Shown here one piece after another: positions 63,684-64,000 of a stretch of DNA of 64,000 nucleotides. The translations under genes were made by a program, and so were the position numbers. Below the pieces are notes generated by a model that searched no databases, was not told where the DNA came from, and was given only the letters and a program-made list of their open reading frames with translations. The DNA is taken from positions 2,150 through 66,149 of IMG/VR virus record IMGVR_UViG_3300031417_000382. One strand, written 5' to 3'. This DNA comes from a virus. How positions within the stretch are numbered: the stretch's first letter is position 1; each line of letters starts with the position of its first letter.

Positions 63684-64000
63684 TCAGCTCAAGAGTTCGT
63701 AAGAACGAAGCTGAACTCCTTCAGCGTCGATGGCGAACGTAATCTGCCACGATTCCATACCCTGGCGCCGAATCTGATCGATGAGTCCGTCAAGGTCCAG
63801 GTTGTCGCGAAGCTTAAGCTCATTGCTTGTTTTCAGAGTGTTCTCGTAGACAAAAGCAGCCAAGAGAGCAACACGTTTGCCCAGCTGAAGCTCAGAGAAG
63901 AGATCATTAAGCTGCTTTGGCATTCGAGCTCCGACCGCATCCGAGGAATAGTCAGTCTTCACCGGAATACCTTCCGGAATTACTGTGTGAAGCTTGATTA
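63684..64000 (-). CDS. Hypothetical protein, 5' end outside window
   Basis: Frame of 63684..63962 ORF stays open to window edge. Confidence 0.55.
   Translation of the reverse strand, partial: IKLHTVIPEGIPVKTDYSSDAVGARMPKQLNDLFSELQLGKRVALLAAFVYENTLKTSNELKLRDNLDLDGLIDQIRRQGMESWQITFAIDAEGVQLRSYELLS

Larger units (their letters stand above)
1..64000. mobile_element. Part of a giant conjugative replicon (megaplasmid/ICE-like) with its own replisome, repair and transcription genes
   Basis: Co-occurrence of dnaB/dnaN/ssb/recA/recG/sbcC/nrdE/HU/sigma with TcpA-, VirB6-, VirB11/CpaF- and prepilin-peptidase-like genes; no ribosomal or core metabolic operons; no capsid/terminase/tail genes; many orphan ORFs. 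Confidence 0.75.

Noticed and set aside
1-64000. Jumbo phage or prophage
   Set aside because: No capsid, portal, terminase, tail or lysis genes in 64 kb, while conjugation genes are present; cannot be excluded for the rest of the replicon.
1-64000. tRNA/rRNA genes
   Set aside because: No T-loop GTTCRA with a cloverleaf or rRNA-like stretch found in intergenic regions.

Overview
64 kb slice of a large, chromosome-like mobile replicon, most likely a giant conjugative plasmid/ICE of an actinobacterium (the class Ib NrdE and the GG-TAnnAT promoters look Micrococcales-like; host assignment is inference). Almost all genes are on the minus strand. It carries (i) its own replication/repair kit (dnaB, DnaC-like loader, dnaN, ssb, recA, RecG-like, SbcC-like, nrdE, two HU-family proteins, a sigma-70-like factor, a Clp ATPase, a MoxR ATPase); (ii) a Gram-positive-type conjugation/pilus module (TcpA/FtsK-like coupling protein N-half, two giant VirB6/TrbL-like proteins, CpaF/VirB11 ATPase, prepilin-peptidase-like protein, T2SSF-domain protein, DivIVA-like protein); (iii) nucleotide-sugar genes (rfbF, RfbC-like epimerase, extended SDR, lhgO) interleaved with the replisome genes; (iv) an accessory 14 kb left arm (PARP-like ART, six paralogous degenerate FtsK-like proteins, several solo nucleases). 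No phage structural genes, tRNAs, rRNAs or CRISPR arrays were seen. Most striking: the coupling-protein gene stops right after Walker A in a 30-aa intein-N-like tail (candidate atypically split intein) that overlaps a GIY-YIG nuclease carrying 11 perfectly spaced 27-aa zinc-finger repeats; nrdE has three synonymously recoded AT-rich patches exactly at its most conserved 3' motifs, next to a second zinc-ribbon nuclease; a YGATATT motif sits upstream of many conjugation/accessory genes (candidate promoter of the encoded sigma factor); a family of degenerate 80-110 nt intergenic repeats is present; and AGCT is strongly over-represented.
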